From positions 29,948,001-30,012,000 of the forward strand of contig OZ249436.1 in the NCBI GenBank assembly GCA_965235115.1: a DNA stretch of 64,000 nt, given 5' to 3'. This document shows, in pieces, positions 1 through 12,997 of the stretch (positions within the stretch are counted from its first letter, which is position 1; every line of letters begins with the position of its first letter). A program made the translations under genes and the position numbers. Below the pieces are notes generated by a model. The model did no database searches and had not been told where the DNA came from. It saw only the letters and a program-made list of their open reading frames with translations. The stretch is from Laetmonice hystrix (Eukaryota).

Positions 1-403
1 GGTCACAATGCGGAGTGCCCGCTATTGTGGCGTTTTGAGAAACATTAAATAGATAAATAGATAAATACATTAAAAAAACATTAAATGAAAAAGAACGGAA
101 CTAAGCCAAACTGGCCGTATAGGGTTGACCTGTAGCTCATCTGTAAATATCACTGGCGATTGCTCGTACACTCTAAAAACAGATTGGTTGAATTAACCAA
201 TATTGGTTGAAATGTGTCCAACTAATGTTTTTGGTGAATCTTACCCTCACAAAGGTGTATTACCCCAAACCTTTGACTTGAGTTTGTTGTCCAGGGTGAA
301 TTATATCTAAAATCAGTCGTTTTCTAACTCAGTTTTACTTAGAATATGAGTGGTAAGGTGAAATACAGCAAAAGTGTCCCTCCGTTACCGCTTGGCCTGT
401 CCC

Positions 404-2310
404 TATATCCTACTTGACCGTCAGGAAATTAGTTCACCAGGCAGTGCGCTTGGGTATGCATGGCGGTGTATTCACAGGCTTTTCGTTTATGTTAATTGAA
501 AGTCCAAGATAGCACACCTTCTTCATATTACAATCTCATGTTATTTAAAAAAGTGCAATTGTAACTTAGAGGTTGGGTTTCAGGGAAATGTTTTCTATGT
601 TTCTCTTCTGCGTTCATGCACATATGAACACCCAGAATGAATTATATAAAGAACTGATCTATGTCGCATTATTACTGATTTTGTAAAAATGATGTTCTAT
701 TGGTTAAGAACAAAGCTTGAACAGTCAGGTAGATGGCGCAGTCCAACCAACAAAAAATGTGACATAGATCGTTTTTCCCGTGTTCTCTTATATATTTCTA
801 GTTGCTCCAAAATTTGCGTTAAAGTATTAGAGAAACGCTGAGAAAATCGCATGTCTCTGTGGACCCCTCCCCCTCCCCCACGTCATTGCTGTAATATATA
901 ATAGGCCGATCGCTAAGAGCATATTTATTATATATTAGCTTGTGAAGCGTGGATACACGAACATTGAGGCAATTGAACCATCGGAAGGGATGCTGGAAAC
1001 TGCCAGAAACAAGAAGATTTACCGTAAACATACTCTCGGTGCATTCGGAGCCACAAACCCATCTATTGGTGACCGTAAGTATGCGCACCATCAGCAGTCT
1101 TCATGTTCGGCATCTAACAAATCTCCCACTGTATCCTGATGACCAATTCAACCAACTTAAACCAATATATTAACCAAAAATTTGTTTAAATTGATCAACG
1201 TATTTGAAATAATAATCTAACAAATATGGATTGGTAAAAAAAACTACCAGAACTAGATTATTTTAACCAAGATCTCGGTCGGACACATAATCTACCATCT
1301 AGATTGGTTAAATTTATCCATTATCCTGGTCATTTTAACCAATCTGTTTAGAGGGTATCGTTTATCATAACCAGAGGTCTGATTTCTGCCGATTTTAAAA
1401 CAAATGTCTTTCAGGTTCCTACGATACGGTGGTCTCTTCGGGCGTGTTCATGGAAGGCCACCTTCCATGCAAGGCTCTGCGAGAGATGGCTCGAATTACT
1501 AAACCAGGTTTGTCGTGCGTTTTTCTTTTAAAGGATGGTTCCTTTAGATGATGCATACATGTATTAATATATGTGTAAAGTTTGCGAATGATAATGATAT
1601 ACATGTAGGCCGTTTTGACAAAAATGTTCATGGTCTACAAACGGGAAGTTATTCATTAAAAATGTTTAGAAACGAAATTCTGTTATCTTAGTTGATCTCC
1701 GGAACACCTTAACGTCCTGCGTATGGGCCTGACGTCTAACTGCGTGTCTTTATGGAATAAAGACATCGACTTCTTTTCTAAATAAAAATTATTGAAATGA
1801 AAACGAAATATTTTGCCGTTTTGACAAAAATGTTCATGGTCTACAAACGGAAAGTTATTCATTAAAAAATGTTTCATTTCTAAATAAAAATTATTGAAAT
1901 GAAAACAGATGAAGTATAATCATGAGCACAAATATTCGTTCTTCCAGGCGGTCTGATTGTGATTGTCTTTCGCGAAAACGTTCTGGAGCAGGTGGAAGAA
2001 TACCGCGACCGCCTGGAACCGATGATGAAAGAAATGCAAGCGGAGGGAGTTTGGGAACTCTTGGAAAGATCTGTGAAACCCATGTACTTTTTGGACATGA
2101 ATGGCGTCCTATATGTCTTTAAAGTTAACGGGGAAAACAACTAATTAAGAATAAGATTGAATATTTTAACCAGCGGCCGGTTTCGCCATTATGGCACTAC
2201 TTGATGTACTATAGTTTCTGTTAGAAGATGGGAAGCAGCGGTATCAATTTCGAATGAATTGTTCAGATTTCTAAAATGATGTTATGTATGTAATACAGTA
2301 AACTTAGAGA
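404..2310 (+). repeat. Segmental duplication, partner at ~17709-19945
   Basis: Near-identical introns, exons and 3' UTR shared by methyltransferase copies A and B. Confidence 0.9.
939..2144 (+). CDS. METTL27: METTL27/WBSCR27-like class I SAM-dependent methyltransferase, copy A (last three exons only)
   Basis: Exons 939-1074, 1415-1507 and 1948-2144 have GT-AG boundaries and join in frame: LVKRGYTNIEAIEPSEGML.../SYDTVVSSGVFMEGHLP...ITKP/GGLIVIVFRE...stop. Upstream exons are not in the window. Family assigned by motif recognition. Confidence 0.8.
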
Positions 2311-2808
2311 TACAAATGCAAAATTGATTGATACCCGTAGGGGAGGTATATGTAAAATATCTCCCCCTATATGTAAAAAAGAATTACCGACGAATATAAA
2401 ATTGAGAAATTAACAGCTGGTTCAGGCGGCCATAAAAATACATTTAATAAAACTTTCTTGGGTTCACTGCTATCACACTTGTTTTTACAGATAATAGACA
2501 ATAATTCAATGAAATGTAAAAATTACTGGACTATGCCTATAATAGGAAAAGGTACATGAATGCTAAGGGACCGTCCATGATTATCAACATTTTCTAAAGA
2601 ATGCAGAGAGTACGATTTTAACCCCCTTCCCTCCCAAAGAACACTTAAAAAATGTTGAAAACCTGCAGGCTGACGGGAAAATAAAAATTTAAAAGGTTAC
2701 AGGTAGAACAAAGTTTGCCAGATTGGTGAGGGTGTGGCGGTATTGGCGAAAGTTAACATTAGTGAAATGCCCTGCTGGCCTATAGGCCGAACTAGGTCTT
2801 GGCTGAAC

Positions 2809-2842
2809 CAACGAGACTAGACAGGTCTGTCTAGTCTCGTTG
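2809..2842. mobile_element. 34-bp palindrome with 7-bp TSD (P/Galileo-like footprint or micro-MITE)
   Basis: GCTGAAC|CAACGAGACTAGACAGG-TCTGTCTAGTCTCGTTG|GCTGAAC. Confidence 0.8.
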
Positions 2843-3409
2843 GCTGAACTTTATAACCTTAGATCGGCTAACGCTTAAAGGAAATATGGCACGGGGGTAT
2901 CGACCGAAATCTTCAGTTTTCTGCTTACCTTCTCACCACTGACGTACTTTATGGCACTGATTGTTTTTCATATTGATTCTCCCTAATGTGGAAAAATGAA
3001 TAAAACTAGCTATAGCTTCAGTGTCCGCAAAGTGCGGTGAATCCGCCATCTAAGTAAATAACAAATAAATAAATAAACAAATAAATAAATAAGTAAATAA
3101 CAAATCTATAAAATGATAGTGGGACTATAATGGCACATCCGCTGATCGTGTGAAAAGGGTGCAAAACACAGCCGGCTGCAAATCCCGGGGTCTCGGAACC
3201 TAAGTGTGTCATTTTCAGTGACTGAATTAAGAATTGGCGATTTCTTTTTACAAAATACCAGCCAAAGCTATAAACAGGTAGGGGACCTTTGGGGCATATT
3301 GGAGAACCGCAATGCAGACATATTTTTGCTGAAACACGACGTATTATTTGAAATTCGTGACATATTACCTTTAAACCATCTCCCAATTAACAGACATGCC
3401 ATGTTTCAC

Positions 3410-3438
3410 CAACGAGACTAGACTAGTCTCGATCGTTG
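3410..3438. mobile_element. 29-bp sister palindrome with 7-bp TSD
   Basis: GTTTCAC|CAACGAGACTAGACTAGTCTCGATCGTTG|GTTTCAC. Confidence 0.75.
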
Positions 3439-3714
3439 GTTTCACGTATTGAGCGTGAGATTTTGACCAATCCCCCCTCCCACTCGGCACACCTCAACTG
3501 ACTGACGTCATGTCTCGGCTGTAGGCTAGCTACGACGAATAGGTCGCCATGTTGGGGTGGGGTGGGGGTGGGGGTGGCTAGGTCGGGATCACTGGCCCGG
3601 ATGTAGACAACCGCAAACTGAAAGTCCTATACGGTGACGCCGTGCCGAAAATGGAACACTTTCCACTTAATTAGCCTGTGTCGGAATTTACAGAGTTAGA
3701 TCTGGTTTGCTCGC

Positions 3715-3910
3715 AGGTGAAGGAGAGACTGCTTTGCCTCTCCGGTAAAATATCGAGTAGGAAAGGTAAGTTGGGAAATTAGATTAGAACTATGTGCCTG
3801 TGCGTAGGGGGGAAATTCGACTATTAATTTAGCTGCTCATCGCTACATCCGCGATGCCGCTTTACGACTTTGCGCAAATCCTGGAGAAATGACCGCTTCA
3901 TACATCCGAG
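3715..3910 (+). repeat. Dispersed repeat, second copy at ~45903-46091
   Basis: Shared collinear blocks CAGGTGAAG, CTATGTGCCTGTGCGTAGGGG, CGCGATGCCGCTT, TTTGCGCAAAT and GCTTCATACATCCGAG. Confidence 0.75.
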
Positions 3911-4441
3911 GCCAGCTTCGCCTCCGGATATGACCTAGAAACAGCCAATCAGAAGCAGCGGTGTGCCGAGTGGACCGGACCAGCCAGCAAAGATACAGCC
4001 TTGATCATCACGCCCTCTGTTGGCAGAGAGACGGCGTCCCAGTCTGGCAAAGATGCAACTCATGCTGTCTCCTCGATAGATGGCGTTCCTGTTTGCCAGC
4101 AGCACTGTGTGCGGCCCTGGTGTGCGGCCGTGTCGGCTGTGACTGAGTCAGTGAGTGTTGACTGTGTGTTGTGTTGAGTGTGGCCGACACAAAGACGAAT
4201 GGAGGCATAAGCCATTTCCGAGTTGTGCATGTTTCTCTCTGTTTTGATTTTAACTGCCGCGACTTTCCCTTGTATTGGTTATCGGACAGTTTTCAAACTT
4301 GTGCAAAAGGCAAACAATCCTCATGCACCGGCTGCCATTACGCTGTAGGGATTGGTCAGCGCGCATTGTGCCCCCATGCCTGCTTACTCATTATTCATTC
4401 GCGCCGCATCACAAACTCCCACAAATCTGTCCATTACTGTG

Positions 4442-5212
4442 CAGACCTGCCAAGTCCCCCGGATTCACCGGGGGACTCCCGGTTTTTAACATGATCCCCG
4501 TCCCCCCGGTATGTAACACTTTTCTCACGGTAAATTGAAAACTCATGTATGTACACAAATGTACACAAAACACAAGAAAAAAGATAGATAAATATGTTCG
4601 GACAATTTTATGCAAAACTGACTTATGCCACGTTCTGAAAATATATAAATATTATTAAATGTAATTTCATCATCAGGGACTTCATAAGCAATATTATGCT
4701 TCCTATCCCTAATGTATTTCAACGAGGTTAATGCATCTGTATGCTTTCTTTTCATAGAAATAAACTTGATTGATTGATTGATTGATTAAGTTTAAAATAT
4801 AAAGAAAAAATAATTTTGAGTATGTTTTTAAGTAGCATAGGCCCCTATATGCAACGCAGAACACTAAAAAAAAGGCTAGATAGTAAAGAAACAACATAAA
4901 GCAGCTGATGTCTTAGGACAGTTGCCAGTTTAAAATATAAATAACAACTAGTTTTGAGTGTTTTTATTTTAAATTGATTAAACAGATGGTATGCAAGTTG
5001 TGTAGTCATGTTTAGAATGTAGTGGCTCCATACTAACGTTTCTTCCCCACTCATAGGTCTACATCAGCTTCATAATGTAATCTCCAGTTTTTTCCCCAAA
5101 ATCTCCAGGTTTTCCTCCCAAAATCTCCAGGCTTTCCTCACAATTTCCAGGTTTTTGGACATCAACTTTTAAAAATCTCCCCGTTTATTCTCTCTGTAGG
5201 TTGGCAGGTCTG
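4442..5212. mobile_element. Non-autonomous hAT-like element
   Basis: 12-bp TIR CAGACCTGCCAA...TTGGCAGGTCTG with subterminal ATCTCCAG repeats. No TSD visible. Confidence 0.6.
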
Positions 5213-5832
5213 TAAATTACGCCCGAGGTGAAAATCCGAACCCAACTGGCGGACTTTCCCGAGGGTTCCCGAATGCCGACTTGCGACTATAGCGGATTTC
5301 CCTTGGCAACGTAGTTCCGAATATTAGAGGTACGTTAAATGTTACAGATACCATACAGGACGGCCAACAGATATCATACTGGACGGCCGACGGCAAAAAC
5401 AGGGTTAAACGTATAGGGGCCCGATTTTGCCCGTAAAAAGTCAGGTGTGGCAGAAGGGTAGTGGAAAACAAAGGGGGAAGCGAGAGGTGACTAGGGCCGG
5501 TCTACATAAAGCGGTATGATGACAAACTTGGCTTTCAATCTAACTTACATGTTTAATACACGTTCACAGTTTCATTCAGTATAGTAGGCGTCCTTGTACA
5601 TGTGGTTTCATGTAAACGTTACCAACAGAAAAACCGAACCAGTGAAGGTGTTCCCGCCCCCTGCACAATTTGTCGAGCACCAGCACCGCTGCACTCTTCT
5701 GGTGGGAAGGGAAACTACCAACGATGATTCTAGTGACTATCGCTAGGTGGCAGCAGTGAATGGCTGATGACACAACGGCCCCGTCATTCGCGGCAGGTGA
5801 CCATTTTCGCGGTTTTTACAAAAGGCACATTG

Positions 5833-8516
5833 TTATCCCATCCCCCCCCCTCCCCGAAGGGGGAAATGGGATTTTGAAATCACTTGGTTTCGTCTACACT
5901 ACACGGTTATCTATGGAGGTATCCTCATGAAACTTGCAGGGAACATTGATCATCCACTAAAATGATCAGCCATTGACTAATTACGTCATATGACGTCACG
6001 TCAATGACTTATGACGTATTAAAGTTTCTCAAAGGAGGGCTCATTTCTTGAATTTCTGGAAAAGTAGGAGCAATCTCCATGATAGTTCCTAATTAGGCAC
6101 CTAGGCATTAATCGTCATGCACCTGAATTTGACCTCTGACCTTTGAGATTTGTGAGATCTAGGTCAAAGATGTTAAACAGCTTAAATTGCATCTCCTCCC
6201 TTGATATTTGACAATATGTAGGCAAAGTGTGTCTGAAGAGTCTCATAAGGTGGCTCTTTATGGGGACGTTTAGAAATCAAGAATTTGACTGATCTTAAGA
6301 GAGTCACGTGACTTTGAAATTTGGCACTTTTGGCACTTTTTGCTAAAATTGCTTCAACGAGATAGGAATCATATATATTTGGTCACTAGATGTGTGCTCC
6401 TATTGAAGATTGGTCACTTTGCATAATTTTTTGCATAATTTACCAATATCTTTTCATTTATGATGAAATATGTAATCTGACGTTGACAGGCTACAATCTT
6501 GAAACGTGTGTATGATAGCCATCTACAAATATAACAGTTACAAAGTGTATAGAGTCAGGTATACCACTGATCGTTTAGTTTTTTTCTTGGAAAGGTAATA
6601 TGGACAGAATTGTAAGTTTTAATCGGTATAGTCTTCACAATAAAATGTTTGTCACTCGGGACCGTCGGCTCTCTGTGTATACAGACCACCGGCTGTGAAT
6701 AGCCGCCCGGGGTCGGCAGCGTTACGTAACTACTGATAAGGTCGGGGTCGGGTGACTCCCCCATTCCTCACAGTCAGGGTGGGTTGGTGGACCCTTGCTG
6801 GGAACAGACTTAATTGAATAGCTGGGCCTTTGTCTTTATAACTGTAGGTGTAACTGTCTAAGACATTATATATTTCTTGAATCTCATATTGGAAGAGTAT
6901 ATTATATTCTTGAATCTTATATTGGGGGAGAGCAGAATAAAATATCATGTTAAGCGGTCTTCTTGAAGTTACAAGAGAACTCTTGGCCAGCTCTGCCCTT
7001 GGTTGAGTGAGCCAGAAGGTTGGTGTGGATGGTTCCACGGTTGGCTGAATCACAGGACAGTCAAATTAAAGTAGAGAAAAATGTAGGTAAGCACTTAGGC
7101 CTTAATCACCATTTACCTGAATTTGACCTCTGACCTTTGATCTTTTGGAGATCTAGGTCAAAGCTGGAAAACAGCTTAAATTGCATCTCCTCCCTTGATA
7201 TTTGTCAATATGTAGCCAAAGTGTATCTGAAAAGTCTCATAAGGTGGCTGGCTCTTTATGGGGGCGTTTAGAAATAAGGAATTTGACTTATATTAAGAGA
7301 GTCACGTGACTTTAAAATTTGTCACTTTTGACATTTTTGGCTGAAATTGCTTCAGTCAGATAGAAATCGTGTATTTGTTCACCCGATTTGTGCTGCTATA
7401 AACGATTGGTAACTTTCCATAGATTTTTTAATAAATTTATCAATAGACAATAATTTTGTATTGATGATGAAATATGTAATTTGATTTTGATGGGCTCTAT
7501 CTTGAAATAGTTTTAAGATAGCCATATGCAAATACAACAATAATTGTTGTAATTATTGTAAAGTGTATAGATTCATGTATCCCGCTGATTGTTTAGTTCT
7601 TTTGGGGGAAAGGTAATCTGGCCAGAATTGTAACTTTTACTTTTAATAGGTATAGTCTTCACAATAGTTTTGCACTCTGACCAACGAGTATAGAATAAAG
7701 TATACTCGTTGCTCTGACGGAACTTGGCATCTCTGAATACACAGATCTCTTACTGTGACGCGGCCGCCTGGGGTCGGCAGAGTTACGTAAGGGCTGGTGA
7801 TAAGGGCCCGCTGGTCGGTCCTGACTACTCCCCCCTTCCTCCCAGTCAGGGTGGGGGTTGGAGAAATATGTGTATTCCAAACTGACATTACTGAATTAGC
7901 TGTGCCTCTAAACTGTAGGTGTAACTGTCTAATAATACATGTTTTTGGATATTCCTCCTTTCCTCCCAGTCAGGTTAGGGTTGGAGGAATATGTGTATTC
8001 AGAACTGACATAACTGAATTAACTCTGGTTTTTAACTGTAGGTGTAACTGTCTAACGTATATGTTTTTGAATCTTACATGGGAGGAGAGCTGAATAAAAT
8101 AATACTTTGATTGTTGGCTGTGGAATTAAGGTGACATGCCAAACTTTTGGTCAGTTGCACTTTGTTTCAGCCTGAGTCAAAAGTCTGGTGTGGATGACAT
8201 TCACACCTATTGGCCTTGTGTGACACTGACCTGGCAGGGCGCTTTTTGATATCAGTGTCAATTGTTCATGATGCCGACAACAGGTTTAAGGACTATATTA
8301 TTTCATAATTGTCAAAGGGGTACTTTGTAAATATCCATGTAAATGAAAATAACCTCCAGAGGTAATGTCGGCACGGCAGTGTCAAGTATACCTGTGGAAC
8401 AGTTGGCGGAATCCCAGAACAGTCAAATTAAAGGAGAGAAAAATGTAGGTAATGATAGAAAACCATTGGGGAAATAGGATCCTACCTGTATTGCTTGGCA
8501 ATCAGAGTTTCTAGTT
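5833..8516 (+). mobile_element. Helentron/DINE-1-like non-autonomous element with ~1-kb internal duplication
   Basis: The 5' end is an imperfect palindrome ATCCCAT..CCCCGAAGGGGGAAATGGGAT. The 3' end has subTIR GGGGAAATAGGAT, hairpin ATTGCTTGGCAAT and CTAGTT. Segment ~6090-7089 is repeated at ~7090-8451. Confidence 0.7.
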
Positions 8517-9171
8517 TAAGCCTGTATTTACAAATCACAAATTATTCAGTAACAATGAATAGTAGTCAAGGTGACCTATTTCAACTTGAAGGTTCTACTT
8601 GTGTACTTATATTCTTGGATGAAGCTGGTCAAGACTGACCTCAAATTTTTTTTTCAAGGGCAAAAATACCTGGTGGTTCGCTTAATCTGATGCTGTAATA
8701 AAAACAGAACCGCCTATAATTGTAGGCCTATGTATACATAGGCGGTTCAGTTTTTATGATGATGATGCCAAAAGGCGAAAGGGTCATTTATGTGTACTGT
8801 TACAAGCGTCAATTGCGTTTATAATAGCATGTTATGAAGTGACCCACTTAGTGGTCTGGGACCATGCCCTGTTTTTGCTATAAGGAATCTAGTTGTTTTG
8901 CGAACCGGGCGGTTCGGTTTATATAACCACAACTGCCACAACTAAGTCTAGGGGTTCGCTTTACTTAAAATCTGGTAGAGCGAACCCCTAAACTTATAAC
9001 TGAACATTTTTGAATTGGCTCGATTAATCTGATATCCGGGTTGGCTTTATCTAAATGCCAAAAGAAGTAACACCATCATAAAAACCAACAGTAGGCCTAT
9101 TTCAGCTATTTCAGGGCAAGAACAAGGTAACTAACTCAGTTGGGGAAATCCATTGGGTTATAATGATGAAA

Positions 9172-9361
9172 TAATAGGAGGAAACCCGGCATCGGGGCGA
9201 TCCCCTACTCTTATGGATAGATTCCAAGGGATATTTAACGTGCCCTTCCACATCCAGTCGGCAGCACTGTTATGCAGGAAAGTACGGCGCGTCCGCGGCT
9301 CGAACCCAGAATCTTTGGATCAAAAGTCCCGTGCTCTAACGACTGCGCCACCCCGGACCCC
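9172..9361 (-). mobile_element. tRNA-derived SINE with Deu/Nin-like core
   Basis: The minus strand reads GGGGTCCGGGGTGGCGCAGTCGTTAG (A box), GGGTTCGAGCC (B box), then GGCACGTTAAA..CCC..TAAGAGTAGGGG..CCCCGATG, which resembles the Deu/Nin SINE core. Confidence 0.7.
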
Positions 9362-9548
9362 TATCTTGCTTCCCAAAGAACCATATAATTATGGCTCTTT
9401 GGAACCATCGACAGTTCTTTCAAGACCCTGTAAGAACCCATTTCCCGGTAACGGTTCTATATGGAACCATCATCATTTCTAAAGAACCCTCTCTCCTGAA
9501 AGGGTTCTGTATATTGAACCTCCACATTGGTGAACCATGGTCTACCCG

Positions 9549-12506
9549 AGCAGTGTGAAGTTAGGATCTGGTACACGGTACACGGTACACGATTCGCCAA
9601 GTCAGGATCTTATTCAGGAAATAGGATCCGATTTGAACCTACGGGGCAGAGGGACTAATGAATGGTCCCCATGGACTCTTCTCCCCATGGACTATCCATG
9701 ACTAGGAGGAAGTTCTCCTACAATTGTTTTCAGGGGTCACGCTGGGTCACCAAACTTAGATATATGAGAATTTCCCGGAAAATGTCACGTCTCGGTCCAC
9801 TAAGGGTCCCCTACGGGGCAGGGGGACTAATGAATGGTCCCCAGGGACTCTTCTCCTCATGGACTATCCGTGACTAGGAGGAAGTTCTCCTACAATTGTT
9901 TTCAGGGGTCACGCCGGGTCACCAAACTTAGATATATGAGAATTTCCCGAAAAATGTCACGTCTCGGTCCACTGAGGGTTCCCTACGGGGCAGGGGGACT
10001 AATGAATGGTCCCCATGGACTCTTCTCCTCATGGACTATCCGTGACTAGGAGGAAGTTCTCCTACAATTGTTTTCAGGGGTCACGCTGGGTCACCAAACT
10101 CCAATGATATATGGGAATTCCAGGAAAATTGTCACATCTCGGTCCACTGAGGGTCCCCTACGGGGCAGGGGGACTAATGAATGGTCCCCGTGGACTCTTC
10201 TCCTCATGGACTATCCGTGACTAGGAGGAAGTTCTCCTACAATTGTTTTCAGGGGTAACGCTGGGTCACCAAACTCCAATCATATATGAGAATTTCAGGA
10301 AAATTGTCACATCTCGGTCCACTGAGGGTCCCCTACGGGGCAGGGGGACTAATGAATGGTCTCCAGCGACTCTTCTCCTCATGGACTATCCGTGACTAGG
10401 AGGAAGTTCTCCTACATTTGTTTTCAGGGGTCACGCTGGGTCACCAAACTCCAATCATATATGAGAATTTCAGGAAAATTGTCCCATCTCGGTCCACTGA
10501 GGGTCCCCTACGGGGCAGGGGGACTAATGAGTGGTCCCCAGGTACTCTTCTCCTCATGGACTATCCGTGACTAGGAGGAAGTTCTCCAACAATTGCTTTC
10601 AGGGGTCACGCTGGGTCACCAAACTCCAATCATATATGAGAATTTCAGGAAAATTGTCACATCTCGGTCCACTGAGGGTCCCCTACGGGGCAGGGGGACT
10701 AATGAATGGTCCCCAGGGACTCTTCTCCTCATGGACTATCCATGACTAGGAGGAAGTTCTCCTACAACTGGTTTCAGGGATCACGGCGGCTATTGATGTT
10801 TTCCCTAAATTGTCTTCAATAGAGTTCTTGGCTCCCCCCTCATTCACCCCGTCCGGCACGGCGCGGCCGGGCCGCCTTAGTGGAATATATATATACCTAC
10901 CCCCCCCCCCCCGATCATCCCCGCCGGACACACGGACCGGCCTCAGTTGTAGGAGAACTTCTTCCTAGTCATGGAGAGTCCATGAGGAGAAGATTCCCTG
11001 GGGACCATTCATTATTCCCCCTGCCCCGTAGGGGACCCTCAGTGGACCGAGACGTGACATTTTCCGGGAAATTCTCATATATCTAAGTTTGGTGACCCAG
11101 CGTGACCCCTGAAAACAATTGTAGGAGAACTTCCTCCTAGTCACGGATAGTCCATGAGGAGAAGAGTCCACGGGGACCATTCATTAGTCCCCCTGCCCCG
11201 TAGGGGACCCTCAGTGGACCGAGATGTGACAATTTTCCTGAAATTTTCATATATGATTGGAGTTTGGTGACCCAGCGTGACCCCTGAAAACAATTGTAGG
11301 AGAACTTCCTCCTAGTCACGGATAGTCCATGAGGAGAAGAGTTCCTGGGGACCATTCATTATTCCCCCTGCCCCGTAGGGGACCCTCAGTGGACCGAGAC
11401 GTGACATTTTCCGGGAAATTCTCATATATCTAAGTTTGGTGACCCAGCGTTACCCCTGAAAACAATTGTAGGAGGACTTCCTCCTAGTCACGGATAGTCC
11501 ATGAGGAGAAGAGTCTATGGGGACCATTCATTAGTCCCCCTGCCCCGTAGGGGACCCTCAGTGGACCGAGACGTGACATTTTACGGGAAATTCTCATATA
11601 TCTAAGTTTGGTGACCCAGCGTGACCCCTGAAAACAATTGTAGGAGAACTTCCTCCTAGTCACGGATAGTCCATGAGGAGAAGAGTCCATGGGGACCATT
11701 CATTAGTCCCCCTGCCCCGTAGGGGACCCTCAGTGGACCGAGATGTGACAATTTTCCTGAAATTCTCATATATCATTGGAGTTTGGTGACCCAGCGTGAC
11801 CCCTGAAAACAATTGTAGGAGAACTTCCTCCTAGTCACGGATAGTCCATGAGGAGAAGAGTCTATGGGGACCATTCATTAGTCCCCCTGCCCCGTAGGGG
11901 ACCCTCAGTGGACCGAGACGTGACATTTTACGGGAAATTCTCATATATCTAAGTTTGGTGACCCAGCGTGACCCCTGAAAACAATTGTAGGAGAACTTCC
12001 TCCTAGTCACGGATAGTCCATGAGGAGAAGAGTCCATGGGGACCATTCATTAGTCCCCCTGCCCCGTAGGGGACCCTCAGTGGACCGAGATGTGACAATT
12101 TTCCTGAAATTCTCATATATCATTGGAGTTTGGTGACCCAGCGTGACCCCTGAAAACAATTGTAGGAGAACTTCTTCCTAGTCACGGATAGTCCATGAGG
12201 AGAAGAGTCCCTGGGGACCATTAATTAGTCCCCCTGCCCCGTAGGGGACCCTCAGTGGACCGAGACGTGACATTTTCTGGGAAATTCTCATATATCTAGT
12301 TTTGGTGACCCAGCGTGACCCCTGAAAACAATTGTAGGAGAACTTCCTCCTAGTCATGGATAGTCCATAGGGAGAAGAGTCCATGGGGACCATTCATTAG
12401 TCCCTCTGCCCCGTAGGTTCGAATCGGATCCTATTTCCTGAATAAGATCCTGACTTGGCGAATCGTGTACCGTGTACCGTGTACCAGATCCTAACTTCAC
12501 ACTGCT
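9549..12506. mobile_element. Foldback-type element made of inverted 172/175-bp tandem arrays
   Basis: About 90 bp of unique outer inverted repeat (AGCAGTGTGAAGTTAGGATCT(GGTACAC)3...). Left arm 9549-10770 has ~6.7 units, spacer 10771-10943, right arm 10944-12506 has ~8.7 inverted units. Confidence 0.92.
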
Positions 12507-12997
12507 GTAGAAGCAGGACAAACGATGTTTAAGAATGTATAATCAACATGTACAAGACTGAAATATGTTTCGTTAGGGTCTTCAGTTCTCTTTCATTGTC
12601 AAGTTGTGGCAGGTGTATGATAATAATTCTGAAAGGATCCTGCGTAGTGTATTCAATATTCAGACATGCAATGTCCCCTTTTTAAATAAGAATTAAATGT
12701 GCCCCGATCCGGGCTCTGAGCAAGGAGAAATATTTGCAAGCAACATCCGATAATTTACAGAAAACAAACTTATTTAGCAAGTTGAATACTTTCCAATAAC
12801 GTAAGCCGAAATGACCAGGCTACAAGGTTATGAATGGGAACAACAGTGGTAAAATTAATAACATTATAGGCATTCAAAAGAGTTCGATGGGACGATAGGA
12901 TATGTCAAAGCGCCACGAGAATTTCAATCGTCCCTACCCACATGTTTCGTGAATTATTGCAGCTGTCAGTCCTGCGCAAATGCGATGCGACGGGCTT

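Noticed and set aside
9290..9361. Functional tRNA gene on the minus strand
   Set aside because: It has A and B boxes but no convincing acceptor stem, and it continues into a SINE core.
9662..12393. Repeated 71-72 aa ORFs (MVP.DSSPHGLS...)
   Set aside because: They are by-products of the 172/175-bp tandem unit. Unit lengths are not multiples of 3, the ORFs occur on both strands and no domain is recognisable.
9640..12420. CRISPR array or hammerhead ribozyme array
   Set aside because: Units have no unique spacers and no cas genes are present. CTAATGA lacks the CTGANGA...GAAA core with the required stems.
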